Shown here piece after piece: positions 41,069-53,799 of a DNA stretch of 64,000 nucleotides. A model generated the notes under the pieces. That model did not search any database. It saw only the letters and a program-made list of their open reading frames with translations, and was not told the DNA's origin. The stretch is from assembly GCA_039028615.1 (NCBI GenBank), contig JBCCHT010000039.1, forward strand, positions 47,040 to 111,039. Direction: 5' to 3'. Origin of the DNA: Myxococcota bacterium (lineage in GTDB: Bacteria > Myxococcota_A > Polyangia > Nannocystales > Nannocystaceae). Made by a program: the position numbers and the translations under genes. Numbering within the stretch: position 1 is the stretch's first letter; each line of letters begins with the position of its first letter.

Positions 41069-42820
41069 ATGGACACCAAGACCAAGACCAACGACTATAT
41101 TCTTCGGTCAATCGCGGGATTGGCGATTTGCGCGCTCGCCCCTGGGTGCGATCGCCAGACCACGGAGCACGATCATCATACGCGGTCGGACTGTGCGCCC
41201 GCCTCTGATCAGATGTCGACGGTGTTCGTCAGCAGTGCCGTGTTCGACGAGATCGAGGCCTGGGCCGATGATGATGGTGCTCCTCGGCTGAAGCACGACC
41301 TGAATGCCGCCGCGGCTACAGACTGGCAGTCTGCGGATGGCTCGTGTGATGATTTATCGGACTATCCGGGTGTTTCCACGGCGCAGTGCGCCTCGTCCAA
41401 GGACCTGCTCCACCAGCTCTTGGTGAAGCAAGCTGCCAAGGATGCTGGATCTCAGTGCGTAGTCGTGGCGGGTATCGGTCCAGATCAAAACGTCGATGTG
41501 TTGCCCGACTTTGGTGATGAAGAGGTCTCGGAGAATACGGAAGGGGACACCACCAAGCGAATCAGTCGACACGGGCCCGCGTCTTCCATCCTACTCACCG
41601 CGATGAGCAGGGATCGTGCGAACGGGAGCCATTCGGGTGATCCCGTAAGTATCGACACGAAGAAGGCTGTCACCCGTATCAAGGTGATGAATGTCTGTTA
41701 TGATGATGAACACAACCGGATCAAGGATGGCCCTTCGCTCAGAGTGAGTATGGAGGCGGAGTTTCACGGCAAGATCACGGTCGTGAACCAGTCGACCAAG
41801 GATGGGAAGAGGGGAAATTCGGTGGGCAAGGGAGAGTTCATCGCCGGCACCCACAGATATACGTTGACGGACAACTGGACTCTCATCAACGGTACACATC
41901 CCCAGAACCTCGCTCTGAGCCGCGTTGTGAGCCACAGCAGCTGGAGCGTGAATTGGTCAGCAGTGGTTCCATTCCTGATCGATATCGCGACTTGGGCTGC
42001 GGACTACTTCTTCCCTGAATATGAGAGTTTGCCGGGCAATTGGAAGAAGGAGTCGACCGGCGAGGAATCGAGCGCTCCCAATCCGAAATCAGCAGGCGAG
42101 TATGACAAGAAGACCCTCGATGACTTTCGCAAGATCTTCGTAGTCGTCGGGGAGGACGGTGGCGAAAATGGCCGTGATAGCAAACAGGACCAAAACAGAG
42201 TCAACGACTCGATTGTGATCGAGCCGTTCAGTCCGGCGACGTATGAGATGGCTTCTGGAGTCCAGGCATCCGTGGATACTCACAGATACGACCATGATGG
42301 GCACTATAGGAACTTCGTGAGTGTAGCGATGGCCAGCGATTTCGGGGTCCTGTTTACGATGAACTATCCCGAGAGCGAGTGCCAGAAGCTCGACGGGGCG
42401 GCGCGCGCTGCGTGTGAGAGGTTCAATCCGGTGGGATTCTACGCGGTTGGCGCCAAGACGGAAAAGAACATCGGTAGCTCGATGTCGGACTTCTATAACA
42501 ATGATACGGAACGCGAAGGCTTCAAAGACGGCACCTGCGGGCCCGATGAGGGGCGAGAGTGTTTGCCTGACTACATGGGCGGTTGCATCTGGGTGGGGCC
42601 ACCTTGCATCAACTACCAGCAGAAGATCGAAGATGTCTATTCTCCGCGAGACTTCGATGCCTTGGCCGAGAATGCGAGGGTAGTCGCAGGAAATATGGGG
42701 TGGGACGACAACGAACCAGGGTTGAAGAACACCCCCGTGCAGGACATGGTCGACAAGATCAAGGATGCGAACGACCAAGGGGTGACCATCGTCACCGGTA
42801 TCATGGAGCTCGAGAAATAA
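41069..42820 (+). CDS. Hypothetical lipoprotein of atypical, lower-GC composition
   Basis: Lipobox-like LAPGC; long ORF with many A/T-ending codons unlike its neighbours. Confidence 0.75.
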   Translation: MDTKTKTNDYILRSIAGLAICALAPGCDRQTTEHDHHTRSDCAPASDQMSTVFVSSAVFDEIEAWADDDGAPRLKHDLNAAAATDWQSADGSCDDLSDYPGVSTAQCASSKDLLHQLLVKQAAKDAGSQCVVVAGIGPDQNVDVLPDFGDEEVSENTEGDTTKRISRHGPASSILLTAMSRDRANGSHSGDPVSIDTKKAVTRIKVMNVCYDDEHNRIKDGPSLRVSMEAEFHGKITVVNQSTKDGKRGNSVGKGEFIAGTHRYTLTDNWTLINGTHPQNLALSRVVSHSSWSVNWSAVVPFLIDIATWAADYFFPEYESLPGNWKKESTGEESSAPNPKSAGEYDKKTLDDFRKIFVVVGEDGGENGRDSKQDQNRVNDSIVIEPFSPATYEMASGVQASVDTHRYDHDGHYRNFVSVAMASDFGVLFTMNYPESECQKLDGAARAACERFNPVGFYAVGAKTEKNIGSSMSDFYNNDTEREGFKDGTCGPDEGRECLPDYMGGCIWVGPPCINYQQKIEDVYSPRDFDALAENARVVAGNMGWDDNEPGLKNTPVQDMVDKIKDANDQGVTIVTGIMELEK

Positions 42821-43458
42821 CCTCCGAATCTCCCCCGAGTGTCGAGGGGAGCGCTGCGTCCACGCGTAGTCGGCCGCGAGCAAGCCGAGAGTTACTTCGA
42901 TGCCCTGTACGCCGCGGAGAGTCTCACCGACCACAGCATTGATGCGGCGGGCCCTGGTACGACTTGATCACATAAAACAGGCATGGGGCGGGGCTCTGGC
43001 CCGTCCTCGTACTCGAATCTCCGCCGGCACATGGGGCAGTGTCCAAGCTCGAGGACGAGCGCGGTCTGAAGCAAACGTCTACAGGCCGGCAGCGAGCTCC
43101 GGCCCCGAGGGGAAAGCCGGCCCCGGCGTTTCCCCGACAACGTTCAAACTGTAAACCTGCGGACCTCGCGGGTTCGCAGATCGAGCCAGGCGCGGGCCTC
43201 GAGGGTGGCCTTCATCATTCGTATGGGAGGGCAGCCTGACGCCACGGATGAACGAGGTAGCCAGCACGGGCGCGCGAGGCCACCAAGAGATTCCGCCGTC
43301 CGCCAAATTGGAGACATCGCGGAGATGAACGACCCCTCCGCCGGATAAAAAACCCTCAAAATCAAATACTTATATCCCAGCGCTGTACTATCGGGCATGC
43401 CGCGAGAATTCGGAACGAAGCCCTCGGGGACCAGTGCCGTGCAGTGCGGCGCGTGAGG

Positions 43459-43475
43459 GTTTTGAAACAGCTTCT
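43459..43475. repeat. 17-bp direct repeat, copy 2 (GTTTTGAAACAGCTTCT)
   Basis: Identical to 38847-38863. Confidence 0.7.
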
Positions 43476-43502
43476 GGCCCCGACCGGCCTTCGTCCCGCA
43501 TC

Positions 43503-44024
43503 ATGGAGGTGATGAGGAGGGGACGGTGGTGGCTCGCGCTCGCGCTCGTGGTTGGCTGTGCCACCGGCGTGGAGGACAGCTCTCCCCTCACCACCTTCGG
43601 CATCGGCACGCTCGGCAACATGCCGAACGACGACGGAGACACCGAAGGGGCCTCGTCGCAGGGCACGGGCGCGGGCACGGACACGGGCACGGCGGGCGAT
43701 GGCGCCAGCGGGTCGGGGGTCGCCGACGAGACGGGCGGCGGCGAGACGACCTCCGCCAACGGAGGCGAGTCGAGCGGAGGACCGGCCCCCACGTGCGAGG
43801 CGGAGGACGACGACGTCCCCTGTGTCACGTGCGCCAAGACGGCGTGCTGCGAGCAGTTCCTGGCGTGCATTTCCGAGGCGCAGTGCAACTGTGCGCTCGA
43901 GTGCCTGCTCGCCGGAGGAGAAACCGGCGGGTGCATCTTGACCTGTGGCGCGTCGGCCGAGGCGATCAACCTGTTCAACTGCGCGGCGTTGCCCTGCAAG
44001 GCGACCTGCGATCCACCGCGATAG
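43503..44024 (+). CDS. Cys-rich lipoprotein
   Basis: Lipobox LVVGC; Gly/Thr linker; CVTCAKTACC...C.TC domain. Confidence 0.75.
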   Translation: MEVMRRGRWWLALALVVGCATGVEDSSPLTTFGIGTLGNMPNDDGDTEGASSQGTGAGTDTGTAGDGASGSGVADETGGGETTSANGGESSGGPAPTCEAEDDDVPCVTCAKTACCEQFLACISEAQCNCALECLLAGGETGGCILTCGASAEAINLFNCAALPCKATCDPPR

Positions 44025-44102
44025 CGTCCGCGCGCACAAAAATGACGGGCGCCGCATATGCGACGCCCGTCCAGAGTGGAGCAACGGTGCAGGGAGATCG
44101 GT

Positions 44103-44645
44103 TCAATAATCGAGGTGGACTTTGAATTTCTTGGTGATGCCGAACGGGTTCTTGGCCTTGACCTCGAAGTCGTCGTAGGCCGACATCTCCAGCAGGGTCA
44201 GGGCCGAGATGTGCGGGAAGGCGATCGGCACCCAGGGACCCGTGGGGTCTCCGGTCACCGAATCGATGCTGCGCGCCTTGACGTTGCGGTCGCCCGTGCG
44301 CAGGCCCAGCTCGTAGGTCAGGTCGCCCGGTGCGGTATCGGTGACCACCCAGTTGCCGGCGGCGTCTTGGTCATAGGAGGTCTGCTCGCACGAGCGAAGG
44401 CCGGCGAAGCCATCGTCGAAGGCCTGCTGGGCGAAGCCCAAGCCGATGTCGATGTCGCCGTTGTTGCGATGTGACACGGGGCGATCGTTCCGCCACGACG
44501 CGCAGTCGAAGTCGGCGCTGCGGCTGACGATCGCGGCATCGTCGAGTTCGATGTTCTCGGAGACCCCCCGCGAATCGCATGCGGTGGTCAAACCGACGAG
44601 GCTCAGGGTGCATAGTCCGACGAAGTGATGGAGGGAGAGAGGCAT
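44103..44645 (-). CDS. Hypothetical lipoprotein
   Basis: Lipobox LTTAC; GC-rich third positions. Confidence 0.7.
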   Translation of the reverse strand: MPLSLHHFVGLCTLSLVGLTTACDSRGVSENIELDDAAIVSRSADFDCASWRNDRPVSHRNNGDIDIGLGFAQQAFDDGFAGLRSCEQTSYDQDAAGNWVVTDTAPGDLTYELGLRTGDRNVKARSIDSVTGDPTGPWVPIAFPHISALTLLEMSAYDDFEVKAKNPFGITKKFKVHLDY

Positions 44646-45283
44646 GGGATCTGATTCGGATTCGACGCGGGGTCGACGTCCCGAGAGATAAGCTCGGGAG
44701 TCTTTGGCGGCCCGCGGTTGCCCGCTTGTTGTGCAGCCGCGATGCCAACGGCCGCGCTGTGCCGCCGAAATTCGGAGCCGTCGACGGTTTCCTCAGTGAT
44801 CTCGAAGGCAAGCCGCGCTGGCGTCCGTTTTTGGCGATGGGTCGCGCGAGACTGGGGAGCCCTGGAGCGCGCGGCCGATCGCTGCGACCTCCGCCGGGAT
44901 TGAGCAGGGTCCGCGCGGCAACTCGGCGAGATTCACCGATTGCGGCAGATCCTTCATGGCCACCGCCGTGATCCCATGGCTTCACCAGTCGCCACGCACG
45001 CCCCCGTGATTTCGACGGCCGCCGTCGTCGTCGAAATCTCCGCGGGGGCTCCGTGCGTATCCAACCTTGAAGCCCCATGCCCCCGAACGAGCCCGCTCCG
45101 GTCCGCGGTCGCCCGGAAGATCGGGGGTCGATGTCCCGGTCTCGGACGCCACCCGTGGCGACCCAGCCCCTGCCCCACGGCCGGAACGCGCCCGAGCAAA
45201 ACGGACAATGGCGGCTGTTACGATGGCTGACGTTGGATGGTCGCGAGACGAGCCCGCCCAGTCAGACCGACGTGGGCGAGACG

Positions 45284-47890
<2,607 letters not shown>

Positions 47891-47914
47891 GGGCGCCGTC
47901 GACATGCCCCGCGC

Positions 47915-48847
47915 TCATGCGCTGTGCTTGTCGAAGAACGCCACGAGCTTGCCGACGACCTGATCGACGTACACGTCCTTGTCGTAGAGGTCGACATGGG
48001 TCGCCCCCTCGATCTCGTGAAACTCCTTGTCCGAGGTCACCTTGTCGAAGAACACCTGGGTGGCGATCTTGGTGTCCGCCGCGGAGCCCACGATGCCGCA
48101 GTAGGGCTGGACGAACTTGTCGGCGTAGTGCTCCCCGAGGTTCAGGACCGCCGTCTCGTTGATGGTCGACAGCAGGACGTTGGAGAAGTTCGGGTAGGTC
48201 TGGGTGCCGCCGCGCGCGGTGCCGTAGTAGTCGTAGCCTTCCCGCTGGCCCTGTGGCTGCTCGGGGTTCTTCTGCAGGTAGTCCGGGTCGGTGTAGCCGA
48301 AGTAGTCGTTCGACACGGGCTTGCCCGTCTCGAACATCTGCTGCCGAGCCTGGTTCGCCCCCGTCACCATGGCCTTGAAGAAGTCCATGTTGGCGAAGTG
48401 GAACATGTCGGTGGCCATCATGCCGCTGACGGACGCGAAGGCCTTGACCCGCAAGTCGGTGATGATGGTCGACGACAAGATGTTGCCGCCGCCGCACATG
48501 CCGAGCCCGAACACGTTGGACGCGTCGACCCCGGGCCGACTGGCGAGGAACGAGATGGCGTTCCGCAGGGCCTCCCACTTGAGGGGGAAGTCGTCGTCGT
48601 TGCGGAAATCCTCGGTGTAGGAATCGGACTCGCCCTTGCTGACGTAGTCGAAGGCCAGCGCGACGAACCCCGCCCGGGCCAAGCGCGGGCCGTAGTTGGC
48701 CAGCGCCTGATCTTTGACCTGCGGGAAGGGTGGGGTCATCACGACCGCCTTGTGCAGGGTGGAGGTATTGAAGTCGTCGGGGAGGTAGAGGTCGCCGCGG
48801 ACGGTGACGCCCTTGCTCTGGAAGGAGATTTTCTCGATGGTGGTCAT
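47915..48847 (-). CDS. Alpha/beta hydrolase (COG1073/YcjY-like, Cys nucleophile)
   Basis: RGDLYLP, ALAFDY..KGES, GLGMCGGG and GATHVDLYD. Confidence 0.85.
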   Translation of the reverse strand: MTTIEKISFQSKGVTVRGDLYLPDDFNTSTLHKAVVMTPPFPQVKDQALANYGPRLARAGFVALAFDYVSKGESDSYTEDFRNDDDFPLKWEALRNAISFLASRPGVDASNVFGLGMCGGGNILSSTIITDLRVKAFASVSGMMATDMFHFANMDFFKAMVTGANQARQQMFETGKPVSNDYFGYTDPDYLQKNPEQPQGQREGYDYYGTARGGTQTYPNFSNVLLSTINETAVLNLGEHYADKFVQPYCGIVGSAADTKIATQVFFDKVTSDKEFHEIEGATHVDLYDKDVYVDQVVGKLVAFFDKHSA

Positions 48848-49090
48848 GGCTTTGTTCCGTGCGTTGGCTGGGTTTGTGTGTGGCGAGGAGGCCAACCGCG
48901 GCCCTCGTCTGAGATGCATATTGCGATCGAAAGATCAAATAAAAAGGTCCACTTCATCGCATATTCTTGCCCATTTGTATCGAACAACAGAGCTCGAGAG
49001 ATCACGGAGGGCAAACGCCCAGGCGCCCGAGCGGCTCGGCGCAAAGAGGCCGAGCCCGCTCGGCTCGCACGCAATCCAGACGCGACGGCT

Positions 49091-49987
49091 TCAGTGGATG
49101 CCGGTCACCCGCGTCGCAGAATCTCGCGCCCACTGGCGCGGCGGCACGCCGTACATGCGGCTGAACTCGCGGCTGAACTGTGACGCGCTGGCGTAGCCGA
49201 CTTCCTCCGCGGCCTCCGAGACGTTCATGCCGCCCGCGATGAGTGCCGCCGCGTCGTTGAGTCGGATCGCCTTGATGAACTGCAGCGGAGACAAGCTCGT
49301 CGCCGCCTTGAACTTGCGGTGGAAGACGGCCCGGCTCATCCCCGCCTCACGGGCGAGCTCGTCCACCGTCAAGGGCTCGCGCACGTGCTCCCGCAGCCGA
49401 GCCAGTGCGCGACCGAGATCTCTCGAGGCGCCGAAGGTCCGTCGGATCGCCTGCCCCGCCTGACTGCGGATGAGCGCAAAGTAGAGCTCTCGGAGGCGCG
49501 CCCCCGCCAGCAATGCCAGCGCGAGGGGATCGTCGAGGAGTCGAAGCAGGCGCACCATCGCCTCCGTGAGCCCCCGGCTCCAGGGCGTCACCACGAGCCC
49601 GGGAATCGTCTCGTGCGAGCTCGGGAGAGGCTCGTGTCGCCGCAGCGCCTCGAGAGCCACGAGGGTCTCGGTCATCGCCGGCGTCTCCAAGCTCAACAGG
49701 ATGCCCAAGACCGGATCGTCGGGGCTGGCCTCGCGCACCTCGGCTTCGATGGGCAGCGGCATCGTGCAGCACAGCAGGCTGTCCTCGCCGTAGACATGGG
49801 TCTCGCCGCCGAAGTAGGCGTGCTTGTTGCCCTGAACCACCGCGCACACGCTGGCCGGGTAGATCGCCGGGATGCGCTCGACGGGGTGGGTGAGCCGAAA
49901 CAGCTGCACTCCATCGAACGGGACATCGACGACTCCATTGCTGGAGGCGTGCCGCTCGATGAGGTCGAGGAGTTCGTCGCCGGCCAT
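49091..49987 (-). CDS. AraC family transcriptional regulator (YqhC-like)
   Basis: C-terminal LAREAGMSRAVFHRKFK..SPLQFIK.IRL..VGYASASQFSREFSRMYG. Confidence 0.93.
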   Translation of the reverse strand: MAGDELLDLIERHASSNGVVDVPFDGVQLFRLTHPVERIPAIYPASVCAVVQGNKHAYFGGETHVYGEDSLLCCTMPLPIEAEVREASPDDPVLGILLSLETPAMTETLVALEALRRHEPLPSSHETIPGLVVTPWSRGLTEAMVRLLRLLDDPLALALLAGARLRELYFALIRSQAGQAIRRTFGASRDLGRALARLREHVREPLTVDELAREAGMSRAVFHRKFKAATSLSPLQFIKAIRLNDAAALIAGGMNVSEAAEEVGYASASQFSREFSRMYGVPPRQWARDSATRVTGIH

Positions 49988-50134
49988 GGGTCGACCCTAA
50001 CGAAAGGCCGAGCCGCTGTCGTGCACCAGAGACAAATAGGCAAGAAAGGGAGATCAATCGCGCTTTTTTCGCCGGCGGTTGGGCGTCAATGTGTCATCAC
50101 GCTCCTCGACAAAGCCGAGCGAAGGAGAGCCCCA

Positions 50135-50524
50135 ATGGCCACCCGCACCAACCTTTCCATCCGCGTCGTCCTCGGTCTCGTAGGGGTGACGCTCGTGCTC
50201 AACGGGATCCAGTGGGGCTTCTTGCCCGCGTCGAACCTCGACGCAAACTCGATCAGCGTGGGCTCGGCGCTCGGCATGAACATGCTCAAGAGCGACATCG
50301 GCGGGCCCCTCATCGCGACGGGCACCTTCGCCCTGCTCGCCGGTATCCGGGGGGCACGGTGGGCGCTGCCCGTCGCCATCAGTGCGGGCGCGTACCTGGT
50401 CGTCCGCATCGTGAGCCTCGCGGTCGACGGCTACTCCACGCTCGCCGCCGTGGGGGTGGGCATGGAGGCCTTGGTCCTGGGTCTCGCCGTGCTGCTGTGG
50501 CGCGGCCGAGGAGGAGAGCAGTGA
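50135..50524 (+). CDS. Small 4-TM membrane protein (DUF4345-like)
   Basis: AAGGAG RBS; four hydrophobic helices; RIVSLAVDG. Confidence 0.75.
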   Translation: MATRTNLSIRVVLGLVGVTLVLNGIQWGFLPASNLDANSISVGSALGMNMLKSDIGGPLIATGTFALLAGIRGARWALPVAISAGAYLVVRIVSLAVDGYSTLAAVGVGMEALVLGLAVLLWRGRGGEQ

Positions 50525-51036
50525 TGTCCATCGTCTCGCAGATCACCGCGCCGCTGCGGCTGGCCTCCACCTTGGTGCGACGGCTCTTCATCGGCATCGC
50601 CCCCCTGAAACCCAGCGTCGAGATCGCGTCCCAGGCCGCACTCGCGCGGCAGGTGGACGCCACCGTCCTCCACCAGATCCGTGCCGGGCGAACTCATCGC
50701 TTCATCGACATCCTGTTCGTCACGGTGGACGACCGCGTGTTCTGTCGCCGCTATACCTACGGCGAACGTTCCTGGCGCGACGTGTTCCTCCGGGACCCGG
50801 ACGGCCAGGTCGCATTGAATCGACGAATCGTGGACATCGAGGCGCGCGTGCCCGAGGACCTCGACACCATCAACCCGCGGGTGAATGCCGCCTACGAAGC
50901 CGCCCTTCAGCGCATCGGAGCCAACTGGATGCTGGCGGGCGCGGTGGAGCAGCGAGCCATGGACAGCACCATGGAGATCACCGTCAGCCCGCCGGGTCGT
51001 ACAGCGTCACCGGGTCGAAGCTCGGATCGTCGGTGA
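50524..51036 (+). CDS. DUF2255-like protein
   Basis: Coupled to the upstream gene (GTGATG); IRAG..HRF..I.FVTVDDRVFCR...SW pattern. Confidence 0.65.
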   Translation: MSIVSQITAPLRLASTLVRRLFIGIAPLKPSVEIASQAALARQVDATVLHQIRAGRTHRFIDILFVTVDDRVFCRRYTYGERSWRDVFLRDPDGQVALNRRIVDIEARVPEDLDTINPRVNAAYEAALQRIGANWMLAGAVEQRAMDSTMEITVSPPGRTASPGRSSDRR

Positions 51037-51781
51037 CCACCAACGCCGCGATCGCGGCGAAGTCTTCACCCACCCCTTGCTCGCGGTTGCGCAGCGTGAG
51101 CTCGTGGGTGCCCGCCTCGAGCTCGAAGCTCATCATCGTGGGGCTGCAGTCCATGGGCCCCGCCGCTTCCAGCGGAAGCCAGGCCCACGCCATGTCGCCC
51201 AGGCCCTCGGTCTGACAGCCGTACTCCCATAGCTCCTCGGGCTGACCGTCGACGGAGACGAGGAACGAGTCGGAGTTGTCGGGCTGGGTCCCCTGGGCGA
51301 TGTCCCAGACGAGGCCGAAGATGGTGACCGTGCTCGCGCACTCGAGTTCGAAGCCGAAGGTCACCGAGCCCATCTCCGCCAGCAGCGAGCGCGCCATCTG
51401 GGGCTTGCCCGGCAGATAGATGGCCTCGCGCAGCTCCATGGGCGGCAGCACCAGCGCATCCTCGGCCCACAGCAGCGTGTCCGGCTCGGTAGGCTCGCAC
51501 GCCTCGGTATCGGTGCCGGTGACCGGGTCGGGGCCGCTCGAGGAACTCGTGGAGTCGTCGGCCTCGGAGGTCGAGCCCTCCGACGTGCTGGTCGCCAGCT
51601 CGTCGCCCTGCGTCTCGTCTGCGCCGCCCGTGCTGGTGCTCGAGCCCGCCATCGTCACCCCGGTGCTGTCCGTGCCCGGGCTCGTCTCGAACACGGGCAT
51701 GAGGATCGGCGCCTCGGTAAAGCAGCCTCCCGGTAGGACCACCGAGCCCAACAGGGCGATGAGGGGAGCGCGGCGTGGCAT
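50984..51781 (-). CDS. Hypothetical lipoprotein with C-terminal beta-sandwich (CBM-like)
   Basis: Lipobox-like LPGGC; Ser/Thr linker; WAEDA, DSFLVSVDG and LEAGTHELTLRNRE; overlaps the opposite-strand gene by 53 bp. Confidence 0.7.
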   Translation of the reverse strand: MPRRAPLIALLGSVVLPGGCFTEAPILMPVFETSPGTDSTGVTMAGSSTSTGGADETQGDELATSTSEGSTSEADDSTSSSSGPDPVTGTDTEACEPTEPDTLLWAEDALVLPPMELREAIYLPGKPQMARSLLAEMGSVTFGFELECASTVTIFGLVWDIAQGTQPDNSDSFLVSVDGQPEELWEYGCQTEGLGDMAWAWLPLEAAGPMDCSPTMMSFELEAGTHELTLRNREQGVGEDFAAIAALVVTDDPSFDPVTLYDPAG

Positions 51782-52000
51782 GGCGACGAGGTGGGAGAGT
51801 GTCGGAGATCCGGTCGCAACAATGCCCCGCGGCCCGGCCCCTCGCAAGCGATGCAACGAGCTGCACACGTCTGCGGGGCGCAAACCGGCCGCTGCAGGGC
51901 ATGTGTGCCCGGAGGCAATCGATCCGCCGACGCCCTCCCGTGGCGTGCGCACGGGTCGACCCCCGACGCGAGCGTAGGGGATCTCCGGGCCGCGATGGGG

Positions 52001-53713
52001 TCAACCCGGAGCCAGCGTGAACGGCATGGTGACGATGACGATGCCGCCCCCCCTGGGCTTGGGGAACTTCCAGCGCTTGGCTGCTCGAGCGATGCACTTG
52101 CCCACGGCCGGGTCGCCCAGGGTGGTCGTCTTCACGTCCGACTTGTCCACCCCACCCCGCTGGTTGATGGTGAACTTCACCTGGACCTTGCCGGACAGCT
52201 TCGGCTCTTTGACGAGGCCCTTTTCGTAGCAGTGGCGAACTTCGGCCGCGTGGGCCCGCACGATGCGACGGATGATCTCGCGGTCCAAGCTCCCCAAGGC
52301 CACGGGATCGCCGAGCTTCATCTTGACCTTGGTTTTGCGCTTGGCACCGCCGCTGCCCGAACCTCCCGCTCCGTGGCCGACGCCGGGCGCCGAGCCCGTC
52401 CCGCCTCCACCACCGAACAGGCCGCCACCCGCAGGGCCGCCACCCGCCCCGCCGAGGCTGCCACCCCCAGGGCCCCCTCCGAGACCGGACCCCCTGAACC
52501 CGAAGCCCGCCATGACTTCGGGTGGCTTCTCCTCGAGGTCGCGGGATTTGAAGCACACCGTCACCGTGGGCACCTTCGCGCGGGTGAGCGGAGCCTCGAA
52601 ACACTGCTTGCCGTTCTCCTCGCGCGGCCTGCCGTAGAAGCTACGCGCGGTGATCACCTGGCCGGCCTCGCTTCCATCGGACCAGTACACGGCGCCGCCC
52701 GCCTTGGCCTCCCATTCCGCGGAACCGGCGATTCCCGGGGCACCCATGATCTCCTCGTCATCGATGGCCGCGGCCATGGGGATCGGCTTGGTCTCCACCC
52801 AGACGTTGGGTGCGATCGCGTCGAGCTCGAGGCAGGCATTGCGGACCGTGACCAGGGACGTCGCGCTGGCCGTGCGGGTGGCCGGGGTTCGGGGCGAGAC
52901 GGCGAAGTAGTCGATGCCGCCGGCCCCCGCGAGCCCCTCGGGCCCCACTCGCTCTCGATCGTAGACTAGGAAGTCATGGGTCCCGTCCGTCAGCTGGCCG
53001 ATGGGAGCCTCGGTCGAGCGAGGCTCACCCGGCTCGTAGGTATAGCCGACGCTCAGCCCCGGAATGGGCACCCGCACCTTCACCCCACGCGCCTGCACCT
53101 CGGCCTTGCCCCCGCTGAACGAAACGGTGGAGCCCCGGGACAGCCGCGCCGCCGAGCGGTCTTCGAACTCGTGCTCGTGGTCCTCGGTCAAGACGGGCAC
53201 GAGGTCGTCGGGTGAGACGTACAGGCGCAGGCGAAAGTTCTTCAGGCCGGGCACTCGACCCGCGCAGTAGTGCTCGCCCGCGAGGGTCTCGACTTCCCAC
53301 CGACCATCACGCTCCCCGGAGACGGCCACGGTCATGCCCGCCACCTCGAGACCCTCTTCTTTGAGCAGCCGCAGGTCGAAACCCGCGACACCTGTGCTCC
53401 CGTAGTACAGCGACGCCCCCGTCTTCACCACCGCGTAGCCCGACGGCGTCCCCTCGGGCAGCTCGATGACGGGTGGGTCGACCTCGACGAGTTTGGGCGG
53501 GACCTCGACCGCCTCGGGGATCGCGGCCTCTTTGTCCGCCGCTTTCGCGGGCTCGACCGGTTTGTCGGCCTCGGCCGACTTCGCCGACGCTTCAGCGCTC
53601 GTCTTCCCCGCGCCACTCGGCTTTGCCTCGGGCTTCGCCTCGCCATCGCAGGCCCCTGAACACAGAACGAGAGCACCGAGCACGAACGAAGGCGTAGACA
53701 ACCGCGGCATCAC
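52001..53713 (-). CDS. Lipoprotein with AgmX/PglI (TonB-C-like) C-terminal domain
   Basis: Lipobox SGAC; Gly-rich linker; LDREIIRRIVRAH..EVRHCYEKGL..P.LSGKV.VKFTI...CIARAAKRWKFPKP. Confidence 0.85.
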   Translation of the reverse strand: MMPRLSTPSFVLGALVLCSGACDGEAKPEAKPSGAGKTSAEASAKSAEADKPVEPAKAADKEAAIPEAVEVPPKLVEVDPPVIELPEGTPSGYAVVKTGASLYYGSTGVAGFDLRLLKEEGLEVAGMTVAVSGERDGRWEVETLAGEHYCAGRVPGLKNFRLRLYVSPDDLVPVLTEDHEHEFEDRSAARLSRGSTVSFSGGKAEVQARGVKVRVPIPGLSVGYTYEPGEPRSTEAPIGQLTDGTHDFLVYDRERVGPEGLAGAGGIDYFAVSPRTPATRTASATSLVTVRNACLELDAIAPNVWVETKPIPMAAAIDDEEIMGAPGIAGSAEWEAKAGGAVYWSDGSEAGQVITARSFYGRPREENGKQCFEAPLTRAKVPTVTVCFKSRDLEEKPPEVMAGFGFRGSGLGGGPGGGSLGGAGGGPAGGGLFGGGGGTGSAPGVGHGAGGSGSGGAKRKTKVKMKLGDPVALGSLDREIIRRIVRAHAAEVRHCYEKGLVKEPKLSGKVQVKFTINQRGGVDKSDVKTTTLGDPAVGKCIARAAKRWKFPKPRGGGIVIVTMPFTLAPG

Positions 53714-53799
53714 CTCAAGGAACGTACAACAGGACTTCGGGTGCTAATGGCCAGGCAGCGATTTTTCCGCAGTCCTCGTGGACCCGGCCAGCACCCTCC

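Noticed and set aside
42820..43400. Possible gene remnants (e.g. EARAWLDLRTRE on the minus strand)
   Set aside because: Short, interrupted frames with too little similarity to name a family
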